Shown: positions 27,092 through 37,483 of the stretch, one piece after another
Layout: each line of letters starts with the position of its first letter
Position numbering within the stretch: the first letter of the stretch is position 1
From: an uncultured Solirubrobacteraceae bacterium
GTDB lineage: Bacteria; Actinomycetota; Thermoleophilia; Solirubrobacterales; Solirubrobacteraceae
Assembly: GCA_964588985.1 (NCBI GenBank)
Contig: CAZPQW010000001.1
Location: 32,001-96,000 of the forward strand
Direction of reading: 5' to 3'
DNA length: 64,000 nt
Translations under genes and position numbers: made by a program
Notes under the pieces: generated by a model
Seen by the model: the letters and a program-made list of their open reading frames with translations, nothing else
Databases searched by the model: none
What the model was told of the DNA's origin: nothing

Positions 27092-30061
27092 ATGAGCGTC
27101 GAGACGCCAGCCAGCGCTGGGGCGGTGGAGGCCCCCGCGCCCGCGAGCGGCGAGAGCCTGCCGTCTAGGTGGCTGCTGGTCGTCTGCTGCGTGGCGCAGT
27201 TCATGGTCATCCTCGACCTGAGCATCGTCAACGTCGCGCTGCCGGACATCCAATCGAGCCTCGGCTTCTCCTCGCCGGACCTGCAGTGGGTCGTCGATGC
27301 GTACGCGATCACGTTCGCCGGCTTCCTGATGCTCGGCGGTCGCGCCGCCGATCACTTCGGCCAGCGCCGTACGCTTGTCGTCGCGCTCGTGCTGTTCGGG
27401 CTCGCATCCCTCGCCGGGGGTGCCGCGCCGAACCAGGAAATGCTGATCGCCGGCCGTGCGGTGCAGGGACTCGCGGGCGCCCTGATGGCCGCGACCTCGC
27501 TCGCGATCATCACGGCGTCGTTCCCGCCCGGCCCCAAGCTCCACCGCGCGATCGCCACGTGGGCCGCCATGAACGGGCTCGGCGGCGCGGCCGGGGTGCT
27601 GTTCGGGGGGATCATCACCGAGGCGCTCAACTGGCGCTGGGTACTGCTGATCAACCCTCCGATCGCGCTCGCCACCGCGCTCGTCGCCTGGGCGGTCGTG
27701 AGCGAGCGCCGCAGAGCTCGTGAGGGCTTCGACCTCGCCGGCGCGCTGACGCTCACGATCGGGCAGATGGTGCTCGTGTACGGGGTCGTGGAAGCGGGGC
27801 TCAAGGGCTGGGACACGTTCGCCGCGCTCGGCCCGATCGCGCTCGGCGCGATCCTCCTCGCGATGTTCGGCGTGATCGAGACGCGCGTCGCGTCCGCGCC
27901 GCTGATCCCGTTCAAGGAGCTCACCAAGCCGCTGCGGGCGGCCAACACGGTCGTGCTCCTGTTCAGCGCGGCGCTGTTCCCGATGTGGTTCGTCAGCTCC
28001 CTCTACATGCAGCAGGTGCTGGGGCTCTCGCCGCTGCACGCGGGGCTCACGTTCCTGCCGATGTCGTTGACGATCCTGCTCGTCGCCTCGCGCGCGGGCA
28101 AGCTCGTGAGTCGCTTCGGCGTGCGCCCGGTGCTCGGCGGCGGGCTGATCATGCTGAGCGGCGGCCTGCTGCTGTTCACCCGGATCGGCTCGAGCGGTAG
28201 CGCGATCGTGTACGTGATGATCCCCGGGATCCTCACCGCGGCGGGGATCGCGATGTCGATCGTGCCCTCCACCATCGCCGCCACCCAGGGCGCCAAGGAG
28301 GGGCAGGCCGGTCTCGCGTCGGGTCTCGTCAACACCTCGCGTCAGATCGGCGGGGGCCTCGGGCTCGCGCTCCTGATCACGCTCGCCACGCAGCGCACCA
28401 CGCACCTGATCGGCTCGGGCCAGCAGGTGGCGCAGGCGCTGACCGCGGGCTTTCGGCTCGCCTACCTGATCTGCGGGGTCCTCGCCGCGGCCGCGGCGGT
28501 GATGATGTTCGTCTCGCTCCCCAGGACCGACGCCGCGCGGGCGGGAGCGGCTCGGCGCTTCGCGCTCGTGGTCGGGGCGGTGCTCGCGTGCTTCGTCGGT
28601 CTCACCGCCGCATTCGCCGGCTCCCACGCCCCACCGATCGGCGATTACACCACGAGCGGCGCATACAGCTACGCAAGCGCCCCCTCGCTTCATCCGCCGA
28701 TCGTCCGCAGCCTGCAGCGAGCGCCCGCCGGACAGCTCGCGCCAGGCTACATCTTCACGACCAACTTCTTCGACCTCAACGAACCGCCGATCATCGGCCA
28801 GAGCGGACCGATGATCCTCGACCGCGGCCTGCAGCCCGTCTGGTTCCAGCCGGTGTCAAAGCGCGTCGCCGCCGCGAACCTGAGCTTGCAGACCTACCAG
28901 GGCAAGCCGGCGTTGGCGTGGTGGCAGGGCAAGGTCACGAACACCGGCGCGACCGAAAGCGGCGAATACGTCGTCGCTGACCAGCACTACCGGACGGTCG
29001 CGAAGCTCAAAGCGACGGGCGGCTGGGTACTCACCGTCCACGAGTTCGCGATCGACGGGGAAAACGCGTGGGTCACCGCGAACAAGAACATCCCGCTGGA
29101 CCTCTCCAAGTACGGCGGCGCCTACAACGGCGCGCTGATCGACTCGGCCGTGCAGGAGTACAACCTCAAGACCGGCAAGCTCGTGCGCAACTGGGACGCG
29201 CTCCAGCACATCCCGTTGAGCGAGGTCCAGTCCTCGCTGCCCACCAACGGGTTCCCGTGGGACGCCTACCACGTCAACTCGATCGAGCTGACCGGCAATG
29301 GCAAGTTCCTCGTCTCGATGCGCGACACGTGGGCCGCCTACCTCGTCGACATCGGCACGGGCAGGATCGAATGGACTGTGGGCGGCAACAAATCGAGCTT
29401 CAAGCTCGGTCCCGGCGCGAGCTTCCAGTGGCAGCACGACGCGCGGCTCACGAACGGCTCGACGCTCACCGTGTTCGACGACCACTGCTGCCAGCTGAAG
29501 GGCGGAGGCACGTCCGTCCGGGCCACGGGGCCATCCCGCGGACTCGTGCTCGAGCTCGACCAGAGCGCGCACACCGCGACGCTCGCGGCCCAGTACGTCG
29601 GCGACGGCAAATTCAAGTCCGAATACATGGGCGACACGCAGACCCTCGCGAACGGCGACGTGTTCGTCGGCTGGGGCTCGGAACCGTACTTCTCCGAGTA
29701 CAGCCGCTCGGGCAAGCTGCTGTTCGAAGGTGAACTCCCGGGCCCCAACCTCACCTACCGCGCGACGATCGAGCAGTGGGTCGGACTGCCGCTCACGCCG
29801 CCTGCCGCCGTCGCCCTCCAGGCGGGCACGCAGACGAAGGTGTACGCGAGCTGGAACGGGGCCACCCGGGTCGCCTCCTGGAAGGTCCTCGCCGGAGCCG
29901 ACGCGAGCCGGCTGACCGCCGTGGCGAGCGCCACGAAGGCCGGTTTCGAGACAGCGATCCCGGTGCCGCGGAGCTACGGCAGCTACGAGGTCGAGGCGCT
30001 CGACGCCAAGGGCCGCACGATCGGTACCTCCCAGCCGTTCTCCGGGACATCGGCGCAATGA
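27092..30061 (+). CDS. DHA2-type MFS transporter fused to an arylsulfotransferase domain
   Basis: N-terminal LDLSIVNVALP and GGRAADHFGQRR; C-terminal VHEF, WDAYHVNS, SMR, WQHD, all in one uninterrupted 989-aa ORF. Confidence 0.88.
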   Translation: MSVETPASAGAVEAPAPASGESLPSRWLLVVCCVAQFMVILDLSIVNVALPDIQSSLGFSSPDLQWVVDAYAITFAGFLMLGGRAADHFGQRRTLVVALVLFGLASLAGGAAPNQEMLIAGRAVQGLAGALMAATSLAIITASFPPGPKLHRAIATWAAMNGLGGAAGVLFGGIITEALNWRWVLLINPPIALATALVAWAVVSERRRAREGFDLAGALTLTIGQMVLVYGVVEAGLKGWDTFAALGPIALGAILLAMFGVIETRVASAPLIPFKELTKPLRAANTVVLLFSAALFPMWFVSSLYMQQVLGLSPLHAGLTFLPMSLTILLVASRAGKLVSRFGVRPVLGGGLIMLSGGLLLFTRIGSSGSAIVYVMIPGILTAAGIAMSIVPSTIAATQGAKEGQAGLASGLVNTSRQIGGGLGLALLITLATQRTTHLIGSGQQVAQALTAGFRLAYLICGVLAAAAAVMMFVSLPRTDAARAGAARRFALVVGAVLACFVGLTAAFAGSHAPPIGDYTTSGAYSYASAPSLHPPIVRSLQRAPAGQLAPGYIFTTNFFDLNEPPIIGQSGPMILDRGLQPVWFQPVSKRVAAANLSLQTYQGKPALAWWQGKVTNTGATESGEYVVADQHYRTVAKLKATGGWVLTVHEFAIDGENAWVTANKNIPLDLSKYGGAYNGALIDSAVQEYNLKTGKLVRNWDALQHIPLSEVQSSLPTNGFPWDAYHVNSIELTGNGKFLVSMRDTWAAYLVDIGTGRIEWTVGGNKSSFKLGPGASFQWQHDARLTNGSTLTVFDDHCCQLKGGGTSVRATGPSRGLVLELDQSAHTATLAAQYVGDGKFKSEYMGDTQTLANGDVFVGWGSEPYFSEYSRSGKLLFEGELPGPNLTYRATIEQWVGLPLTPPAAVALQAGTQTKVYASWNGATRVASWKVLAGADASRLTAVASATKAGFETAIPVPRSYGSYEVEALDAKGRTIGTSQPFSGTSAQ

Positions 30062-30104
30062 CGCTCGACCGCGGGCGCAACCAACCCCGACCGCCGGTGT
30101 TGTA

Positions 30105-31934
30105 GTGCGCGTGCGGACGAGCAAGGTATTCGTGGGCGCATCCTGCCTGGCCTGTTTGGCGGGAGCGTTCTCGCTGGGCGCATGCGGCGACGGGGCCTCG
30201 GTCAGCTCGGCGCTGATCGCACCCGACGCGTCGGTCAGGGCGGCGGCGGCCAACCCGGTGGCGGTCTCGCCCGCCCCCGGAACACCGGACGCGTCCGCGA
30301 GCACCCAGATCAGCTTCCTCGGCGAAGCCGGCACCACCGTGTCGAGCGTGCACGTCGTCGGCTCCCACACCGGCGCACACTCGGGTGTGCTGCGCGCGTA
30401 CTCCACCGGAACGGGCGAGAGCTTCCTTCCGAGCCACCCGTTCGCGGCCGGTGAGCGCGTGACGGTCACCGCGCAGGTGAGCACCGGAGGCTCCACCGGC
30501 ACGGCGCGCACGAGCTTCACGATCGCCCACCAGTACACGCCGTCCTCGAAGCAGTTCCCCAACAACCCGGGAGACGCGCACGCGATCCAGCACTACGTCT
30601 CCGCGCCCACGCTCACGCCGTCCACGGTGCGGATCACCACGCCCGCGAAGCCCGGCGCGGCCGCGGGTGACCTGTTCCTCGCCCCCTACCAGGGCAAGGG
30701 CACGTCGGGGCCGATGATCGTCGACCAGGCGGGCAACCTGATCTGGTTCAAACCGCTGCCCGCCGGCAAGACCGCCACCAACTTCGAGGTCCAGCAGCTG
30801 TTCGGCAAGCCGGTGCTCACGTGGTGGCAGGGCCGGGTCCTCGAGGTGGGCTTCGGCCAGGGCGAAGATGTGATCTACGACACCTCCTACAAACAGGTGG
30901 GCGTCGTGCGCGCGGGCAACGGCTTCCACGCCGACCTGCACGAGATCCGCCTCACGCCCCAGGGCACAGCGTGGATCGACGCGTTCGACCCGATCCGCAT
31001 GAACCTGTCCGCGGAGCACGGGCTGTCGAACGGCGCCATCAACGACTCGATCGTGCAGGAGATCGACGTCAAGACGGGCCTCGTGATGTGGGAGTGGCAT
31101 GCGCTCGGGCACGTGCCGCTCTCCGAATCGAAAAGCCCGGCGCCCAAATTCAACTGGCCATGGGACTACGTGCACGTCAACTCGGTCGATCCGGGCAGTT
31201 CCGGGGATGTGCTGCTCTCGGCGCGCAGCACGTGGACGATCTACGACATCGACATGCACAGCGGCGGCATCCGCTGGCGCCTGGGCGGCGCGCACAGCAG
31301 CTTCAAGATGGGCGCCGGCACCCGCTTCTACTGGCAGCACGACGCCGAGCTCCAGCCCGGGGGCCTGATCTCGGTGTTCGACAACGGCTCGGACCCGCCG
31401 AAGGAGAAGCAGTCCCGCGGCCTGCTGATCGAAGCGAACACCTCCACCCACACGGCGACGCTCGCGAAGCAGTTCACCAACCCCGCCAAGACGCTGCTCG
31501 CGACCAGCCAGGGCAACACCCTGAGCCTGCCCGGCGGCGACTGGCTGATGGGCTACGGCGGCCTACCGAACTTCACCGAGTACGACTCCTCCGGCCACGT
31601 GCTGCTCGACGGGACGCTCGGCAAGAACGTGCAGAGCTTCAGGACGTACCTCTCGCCGTGGAGCGCACAGGCGCCGGGCACGCCGTCGGCGGTCGCCCAG
31701 GCCGGCGTGGCGGGCACGCTGTCGGTGTCGGTGAGCTGGAACGGCGCCACCGAGGTCGCCACGTGGCAGGTGCTCGCGGGTGCGACTCCGAGCGCGCTCA
31801 GCGCCGTGGCGAGCGCCCCGAAGACGGGCTTCCAGACGACGATCGCCGCGCCCACCGTGGGGCCGTACGTGCAGGTCCAGGCACTCGACGGTTCCGGTGC
31901 CGTGATCGGCACCTCGGCCGTGGTCAAAGGTTGA
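30105..31934 (+). CDS. Arylsulfotransferase family lipoprotein, paralogue 3
   Basis: Lipobox LGAC; DLHEI, WDYVHVNS, SAR, WQHD. Confidence 0.88.
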   Translation: MRVRTSKVFVGASCLACLAGAFSLGACGDGASVSSALIAPDASVRAAAANPVAVSPAPGTPDASASTQISFLGEAGTTVSSVHVVGSHTGAHSGVLRAYSTGTGESFLPSHPFAAGERVTVTAQVSTGGSTGTARTSFTIAHQYTPSSKQFPNNPGDAHAIQHYVSAPTLTPSTVRITTPAKPGAAAGDLFLAPYQGKGTSGPMIVDQAGNLIWFKPLPAGKTATNFEVQQLFGKPVLTWWQGRVLEVGFGQGEDVIYDTSYKQVGVVRAGNGFHADLHEIRLTPQGTAWIDAFDPIRMNLSAEHGLSNGAINDSIVQEIDVKTGLVMWEWHALGHVPLSESKSPAPKFNWPWDYVHVNSVDPGSSGDVLLSARSTWTIYDIDMHSGGIRWRLGGAHSSFKMGAGTRFYWQHDAELQPGGLISVFDNGSDPPKEKQSRGLLIEANTSTHTATLAKQFTNPAKTLLATSQGNTLSLPGGDWLMGYGGLPNFTEYDSSGHVLLDGTLGKNVQSFRTYLSPWSAQAPGTPSAVAQAGVAGTLSVSVSWNGATEVATWQVLAGATPSALSAVASAPKTGFQTTIAAPTVGPYVQVQALDGSGAVIGTSAVVKG

Positions 31935-33829
31935 GCGCCCGCCGCCTCACCACTCGGGCCGTGTCCGGGGCGCTTGTCGCGGTTGCGCTCGCGCTCGTAG
32001 CGGCCGTGGTGGGTCTCTCCTCCTCGCACGCGATCTCGCCGCTGCTGCGGACGAGCTCCGCGCGCATCGCGAGCTCCTCGCCGAGCTGCGTGCCGCCGCG
32101 GCTGAACGTGTCCGCGGCGCTCGCGGGCTCGCGCGTGACCGTCTCTCCGGGCCCCGAAACGCGGGATGCGGCGGCGACGACGCAGATCAGCCTGCTGGGC
32201 GTGCCCGCGGGCGCGCTCACGAACGTGGTCGTGAAGGGCTCGCGCACCGGGGCGCACCCGGGGCGGCTCGCGGCGTACTCGCAGGACGACGGGGCGAGCT
32301 TCCTGCCCTCCAAGCCGTTCATGGCCGGAGAGACGGTGAGCGTGCACGCGGAACTGAGCGAAGGCGGGCACACGACGCCGTTCGCGTGGAGCTTCGTCGT
32401 GGCCGTGCGCGACGTGCGCGGCACGGCGAAGGTGAGCGCGGTCTCCAAGCCCGCTGCGGCGGCGACGAACTACCAGAGCTTCCACTCGCTCCCGGGCGTG
32501 CGCCCGCCGATCGTGACCGTCGCGTCGAAGGCGCCGACCGCGAGCGGCGAGCTGTTCCTCGCGCCTTACTCCGGCGTGGGGCAGTACGGGCCGATGATCC
32601 TCGACGAACACGGCGGCCTGCTGTGGTTCCAGCCGATCCCCGCGGGCGCCCGCGCGGCGGACCTGCGCGTGCAGCAGTACGAAGGCAAACCGGTGCTCAC
32701 CTGGTGGCAGGACCCCCTCGTGGCGGGCGGCTCCCGTCAGGCCGGCCTGGTGATCGCCGACAGCTCCTACAAGACCGTCGCGGTCGTGCGCGCCGGCAAC
32801 GGCTACCAGCCCGACCTGCACGAGTTCACGATCACGCCGCAGGGCGCCGGCCTGACCACCGTCTACACCGCGATCGCGTGCGACCTGTCCTCCGTCGGCG
32901 GCCCGCGGGCGGGCGCGGTGGCGGACACGCTGCTGCAGGAGATCGACCTGAAGACGGGGCTCGTGATGTACGAGTGGCACAGCCTCGACCACGTGCCGCT
33001 CGCCTACTCCTACGCTTCGGCGGCGCAGGCGAGCCTGACGCAGCCGTTCGACTACTTCCACATCAACTCGATCGACGTCCAGCAGAACGGCGACCTGCTG
33101 GTGGACGCACGCAACACGTGGGCCGCGTACGACGTCAACTCCAAGACCGGTCAGGTGCGCTGGCAGGTGGGCGGCAAGCACAGCAGCTTCAAGATGGGTC
33201 CGGGGACGAGCATCGCGTGGCAGCACGACGCGCGCCAGCAGCCGAACGGCGCGTTCACGTTCTTCGACAACGGCGCGTTCCCGGCGGTGCACAAGCAGTC
33301 GCGCGCGATCGAAGTGAAGCTAGACACGACCCGCAAGACGGACACGCTCCTGCGCAGCCGCGTGCACCACAACCCACTCGTCGCGGGCAGCCAGGGCAAC
33401 GTGCAGGCGCTCCCCAACGGAGACTGGGTTGTGGGCTGGGGCCAGGCGGGCTACCTGTCCGAGTTCGACGCCGTCGGACACGTCCTGTTCAACGCGCACC
33501 TCCCGTCGAGCTGGGAGTCCTACCGCACCTACGTGTTCCCCTGGAGCGGACAGCCCGCGCAGCCGCCGGCGCTCGCGGTCGAACCGGCGCCCGGCGGCGC
33601 TGCCGGGACGGTGGCGTACGCGAGCTGGAACGGCGCCACGTCCGTGGCCTCCTGGCGCGTGCTCGCGGGCTCGTCGCCGAGCAGCCTCGCACCGGTCGCG
33701 ACCTCGCCGCGGGCGGGCTTCGAGACGGCGATCGCGCTGCCGGGAGCCGCCGCTCCCGCCTACGTCGAGGCCCAGGCGCTCGACGGCTCGGGCGCCGTCA
33801 TCGGTGCTTCGGCGGCCGTGAAGAGCTGA
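31931..33829 (+). CDS. Arylsulfotransferase family protein, paralogue 4
   Basis: TTG start overlaps the previous stop; signal peptide; DLHEF, FDYFHINS, DAR, WQHD. Confidence 0.86.
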   Translation: MSARRLTTRAVSGALVAVALALVAAVVGLSSSHAISPLLRTSSARIASSSPSCVPPRLNVSAALAGSRVTVSPGPETRDAAATTQISLLGVPAGALTNVVVKGSRTGAHPGRLAAYSQDDGASFLPSKPFMAGETVSVHAELSEGGHTTPFAWSFVVAVRDVRGTAKVSAVSKPAAAATNYQSFHSLPGVRPPIVTVASKAPTASGELFLAPYSGVGQYGPMILDEHGGLLWFQPIPAGARAADLRVQQYEGKPVLTWWQDPLVAGGSRQAGLVIADSSYKTVAVVRAGNGYQPDLHEFTITPQGAGLTTVYTAIACDLSSVGGPRAGAVADTLLQEIDLKTGLVMYEWHSLDHVPLAYSYASAAQASLTQPFDYFHINSIDVQQNGDLLVDARNTWAAYDVNSKTGQVRWQVGGKHSSFKMGPGTSIAWQHDARQQPNGAFTFFDNGAFPAVHKQSRAIEVKLDTTRKTDTLLRSRVHHNPLVAGSQGNVQALPNGDWVVGWGQAGYLSEFDAVGHVLFNAHLPSSWESYRTYVFPWSGQPAQPPALAVEPAPGGAAGTVAYASWNGATSVASWRVLAGSSPSSLAPVATSPRAGFETAIALPGAAAPAYVEAQALDGSGAVIGASAAVKS

Positions 33830-35618
33830 CGCGCGAGCGCACGCGGGTCGCCGGCGGGCTGCCTGCCTGCGGGATGTGCCCGAGGTCGCGTTCGGAGTGC
33901 AGCTTGCGCCGTGCCGTGGACGCCTGGGCGGCGTTGCGCGCGGTCGTGAAGTAGTCGGCGAAGCCGCGACTGTGCGCGGCGCTCAGCCTGTGCGGCAGCG
34001 GGCGGCGCAGCTCTTCGCTGAAGGCGCGCTGGTATTCGGCGCGCAGCGATTCCTCCTGCGCGCTCTGCCCGGCGCTGTTGTGCAGCTCGAGGCGCCCGCC
34101 GTGGGTGGCGTAGTCGTAGAGCTCCACTTCCTCCGCGTGCGACTGCGGCGCGATGCCGCCTTCGGGCCAGTGCGAGTACGTGGCGAACTTGGCCTGCGGC
34201 GTGCGCATCGCGACGACGTGCAGCGGCGCGTACGCGGCGTAGGTCTCGATCGCGAACTCGGTGACGATCTCGTCGGTGGCGTGCAGCACGAACGGGCGTC
34301 CCGGGGCGTTCGGGTCGGCGAGGATGCGAGCGAGGTCGAGTCGATGGGCGATGTGCGAGTAGTGCTCTTCCCTGCGCCATTCGTTGGAACCCGTTGCGAC
34401 GGTGAGCAGCAGCGGCGCGAGGTCCACGCTCGAGGTGAGCTGCGTGCGCGGCTGCTCCGGTTCGCTCGTGAGCACGCCGCGCGGATCCTTGACGATCAGC
34501 GGCACGCGGATGCACTCCTCGTACGCGCTCGCGCCCTTGCCGCGCAGGCCGTGCGACGCGCCGTACTCGCCGTGGTCGGAGGTGAACACGATCACCGTGT
34601 TCTCAGCCACGTGCGGCTGGCTCTCGAGCGTGCGCAGCACGTGGCCGACGTGGTGGTCGACCTCGCGTTGGAGCTTCGTGTAGAGGTCGACGAACCGCAG
34701 CCACTTGGCGCTGTATTCGGGGCCGCTGAACGGCACGGCCCCGAACGATGCGGCGGCGGTTTCCTGGAAGGTGCGCTGCAGCAGCGGCTTGTGGCGCTCG
34801 GCCAGCTGCTCGGGAGTCTCGAAGTTCGGCGGCAGGCGCCGCACTGTCCGGCGCGCGTCCGTCTCGCTCGGCACGCGGTCGCTCCACACGTACCACCACG
34901 CGATGTCGTGCGGGTTTACGAACGACACCGTCGTGCACCACGGCCCGCTGCCGCCCTCGTGCCGATACCACTCGGCGAAGGCGCGGGCGATGTGCGGATC
35001 CCGGTGCCAGCCCTGGCCGGGGCCGCCGTCGGGCGAGGGGTAGACGCCGCCCGCGAAGCCGTAGCCCTCAAACGCGCGTTCGCCGCTCGCTTCCGTCCAG
35101 TGGTTGTCGCGGTGGGTGAGGTGCCACTTGCCTAACCAGCGCGTGTGGTAGCCGTGTTCGCGCAGCATCGTGCCCCACGTGGGGAAGCCGGGATCGAGCG
35201 TGCTGCCGCCGGTGATCATGCAGCCGGTCTGGTGGGTGTAGAGCCCCGTGAGCATCGCCGCTCGCGACGGAGAGCAGTCGTTGGAGGCGGTGTAGTGCCG
35301 GTCGAAGGAGACGCCTTCGCGGCGCAGGCGGTCGATGTTGGGCGGCAGGCCGATGGCGGTCGGCGTGGCCCCGAACCACTGCGGGAAGCGCAGCTGGTCG
35401 ACGACTATCACGAGGATGTTGGGGCGTCGCCCGGATCCGGCGGGGCGGAGCACCCTCGCGGTGGAGCCCTGCGGAGGCGCGGGGACGGCCTTGTCCCCCG
35501 TGTCCGCCACCGCACGGATCACGCCGGCGCCCGCGAGCACGCCTCCGGCGGCGAGGCCGCCCTTGATGAAAGTCCGTCGATCGACTCTCTTATGCTCTCG
35601 TGGATCGATGTCATCCAT
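33798..35618 (-). CDS. Tat-exported Cys-type sulfatase
   Basis: DRRTFIK twin-arginine motif; RPNILVIVVDQ, CSPSRAAMLTG, GKWHL, FTSDHG. Confidence 0.92.
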   Translation of the reverse strand: MDDIDPREHKRVDRRTFIKGGLAAGGVLAGAGVIRAVADTGDKAVPAPPQGSTARVLRPAGSGRRPNILVIVVDQLRFPQWFGATPTAIGLPPNIDRLRREGVSFDRHYTASNDCSPSRAAMLTGLYTHQTGCMITGGSTLDPGFPTWGTMLREHGYHTRWLGKWHLTHRDNHWTEASGERAFEGYGFAGGVYPSPDGGPGQGWHRDPHIARAFAEWYRHEGGSGPWCTTVSFVNPHDIAWWYVWSDRVPSETDARRTVRRLPPNFETPEQLAERHKPLLQRTFQETAAASFGAVPFSGPEYSAKWLRFVDLYTKLQREVDHHVGHVLRTLESQPHVAENTVIVFTSDHGEYGASHGLRGKGASAYEECIRVPLIVKDPRGVLTSEPEQPRTQLTSSVDLAPLLLTVATGSNEWRREEHYSHIAHRLDLARILADPNAPGRPFVLHATDEIVTEFAIETYAAYAPLHVVAMRTPQAKFATYSHWPEGGIAPQSHAEEVELYDYATHGGRLELHNSAGQSAQEESLRAEYQRAFSEELRRPLPHRLSAAHSRGFADYFTTARNAAQASTARRKLHSERDLGHIPQAGSPPATRVRSRVSSSRPPKHR

Positions 35619-37440
35619 GCGCGCTCTCATCCTAGGGCCGGTCGCCGCCTTGGGCTTTGGGCTCGTGGGGGCAGGCGCCGCCGCGGCGCAGTCGGCTCCG
35701 ACGTGCGGCCCGGCGAAGCTGAACAACTCCGCGCTGCAGGCCGGCGCGGTGACCGTCTCGCCGCTGCCGGGCACTCGCGACGCTTCGCCTCACGCGCAGA
35801 TCAGCTTCCTGGGGGTTCCCGCCGCCGCGCTGAGCGCCGTGAGCGTGGCCGGCTCGCGCACGGGCGTCCACGCCGGAAGTCTGAAGGCCTACTCGCAGGG
35901 CGACGGCGCGAGCTTCGTGCCGGCCGCTCCGTTCGCCGAAGGCGAGCGGGTGAGCGTGCACGCCCGCGTGCGCGTCGGCGGCTCGACGCGAACGCTGAGC
36001 TACCAGTTCGGCGTGTCCAGCGAGGACACGATCAGCACCACGCCCGAGACGATCCACCCAGGATCCGCCGCCGAAATCCAGGGTTTCCGCTCGCGCCCCG
36101 ACCTGCGCCCGCCGACCGTGAGCGTGACCGCGTCCTCGCCCGCGGCGGCGCCGGGAGACGTGTTCGTCGCGCCGTACACAGGGCCGGGCCAGGCGGGCCC
36201 GATGATCCTCGACCAGAGCGGCGGGCTGGTGTGGTTCAAGCCATTGCCCACGAACACGTTCGCGACCAACCTCAGGGTGCAGGAATACGCGGGCAAGCCG
36301 GTGCTGACGTGGTGGCAGGGCAACATCTCCATACACGGGTTCGGGATGGGCGAGGGGATCGTCGACGACGCCACCTACACGGAAATCGCGCGCGTGAGAG
36401 CCGGCAACGGGCATACGGCGGACCTGCACGACTTTCAGCTCACGCCTCAGGGCACGGCGCTGATCACGTCCTTCGACCCGATCCGCTGCAACCTCTCCGC
36501 GGTCGGCGGGCCGGCGAACGGCGCGGTCACCGACGGCACCCTGCAGGAGATCGACGTGAAGACGGGTCTGGTGATGTACGAATGGACGAGCCTCGACCAC
36601 GTGGGGCTGACCGAATCCTACGTATCCCCCGCGCGGACCTCGCCAGGGTGGCCGTACGACTACTTCCACATCAACTCGATCAACTTCGACCGCGACGGCA
36701 GCCTGCTGGTGTCGGCGCGCAACACGTGGACGGTCTACCGGATCGAAGCGGGCACGGGCCAGATCTCGTGGCGCCTGGGGGGCAAGCACAGCAGCTTCGC
36801 CGAGAGCCCGCAGACGCGCACCGCCTACCAGCACGACCCGCGCGAACTCCCCGACGGCGCGATCAGCATCTTCGACAACGGCGCCTCCCCGAACGTGCAC
36901 GGGCAGTCGCGGGCGATCGTCGTCGACATCAACGGGCAGACGAACACCGCCGCCCTGGCGAGCCAGATAAGCCACGCCCCGGGTCTCGTGGCGGACAGCC
37001 AGGGCAACATGCAGGCGCTCGCGAACGGCGACTGGTTCGTCGGCTGGGGCCAGCTGCCGGACTTCTCCGAGTTCGGCCCCGAAGGCAAGCTGCTGTTCGA
37101 CGCGCACTTCCCCGGCCGCACGCAGTCCTACCGCTCGCTGCGCTTCGAATGGGCGGGCATGCCGGCGCACCAGCCGGCGTACTCCTTCCAGGCGACCGGG
37201 TCGGGGACGGGAACGGTGTACGCGAGCTGGAACGGCGCCACGCAGGTGAGCGCATGGCGGGTGCTCGCGGGCGCGAGTGCGACTGGGTTGAAGGCGGTTG
37301 CTCAGGGGGCACGGGCAGGCTTTGAGACGGCCGTCTCCCTTCCGGCTGGGACCGTCGGCCCATACGTGGCAGTGCAGGCGCTCGGCGCGGTGGGGCAGGT
37401 GCTGGGGACTTCAGCCGTGACCGCGCAGCATTCGCCGTAG
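35617..37440 (+). CDS. Arylsulfotransferase family protein, paralogue 5
   Basis: Signal peptide; DLHDF, YDYFHINS, SAR, YQHD, SQGNMQ. Confidence 0.88.
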   Translation: MRALILGPVAALGFGLVGAGAAAAQSAPTCGPAKLNNSALQAGAVTVSPLPGTRDASPHAQISFLGVPAAALSAVSVAGSRTGVHAGSLKAYSQGDGASFVPAAPFAEGERVSVHARVRVGGSTRTLSYQFGVSSEDTISTTPETIHPGSAAEIQGFRSRPDLRPPTVSVTASSPAAAPGDVFVAPYTGPGQAGPMILDQSGGLVWFKPLPTNTFATNLRVQEYAGKPVLTWWQGNISIHGFGMGEGIVDDATYTEIARVRAGNGHTADLHDFQLTPQGTALITSFDPIRCNLSAVGGPANGAVTDGTLQEIDVKTGLVMYEWTSLDHVGLTESYVSPARTSPGWPYDYFHINSINFDRDGSLLVSARNTWTVYRIEAGTGQISWRLGGKHSSFAESPQTRTAYQHDPRELPDGAISIFDNGASPNVHGQSRAIVVDINGQTNTAALASQISHAPGLVADSQGNMQALANGDWFVGWGQLPDFSEFGPEGKLLFDAHFPGRTQSYRSLRFEWAGMPAHQPAYSFQATGSGTGTVYASWNGATQVSAWRVLAGASATGLKAVAQGARAGFETAVSLPAGTVGPYVAVQALGAVGQVLGTSAVTAQHSP

Positions 37441-37447
37441 GCTGTCT

Positions 37448-37474
37448 GATATCAAATCGATATCAACTGCTATC
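37448..37474. promoter_or_regulatory. Phased GATATC repeats, putative autoregulatory operator
   Basis: GATATCAA at 37448 and 37459 and GCTATC at 37469 (11/10-bp spacing), directly upstream of a DNA-binding protein gene. Confidence 0.55.
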
Positions 37475-37483
37475 GTATCTCGG

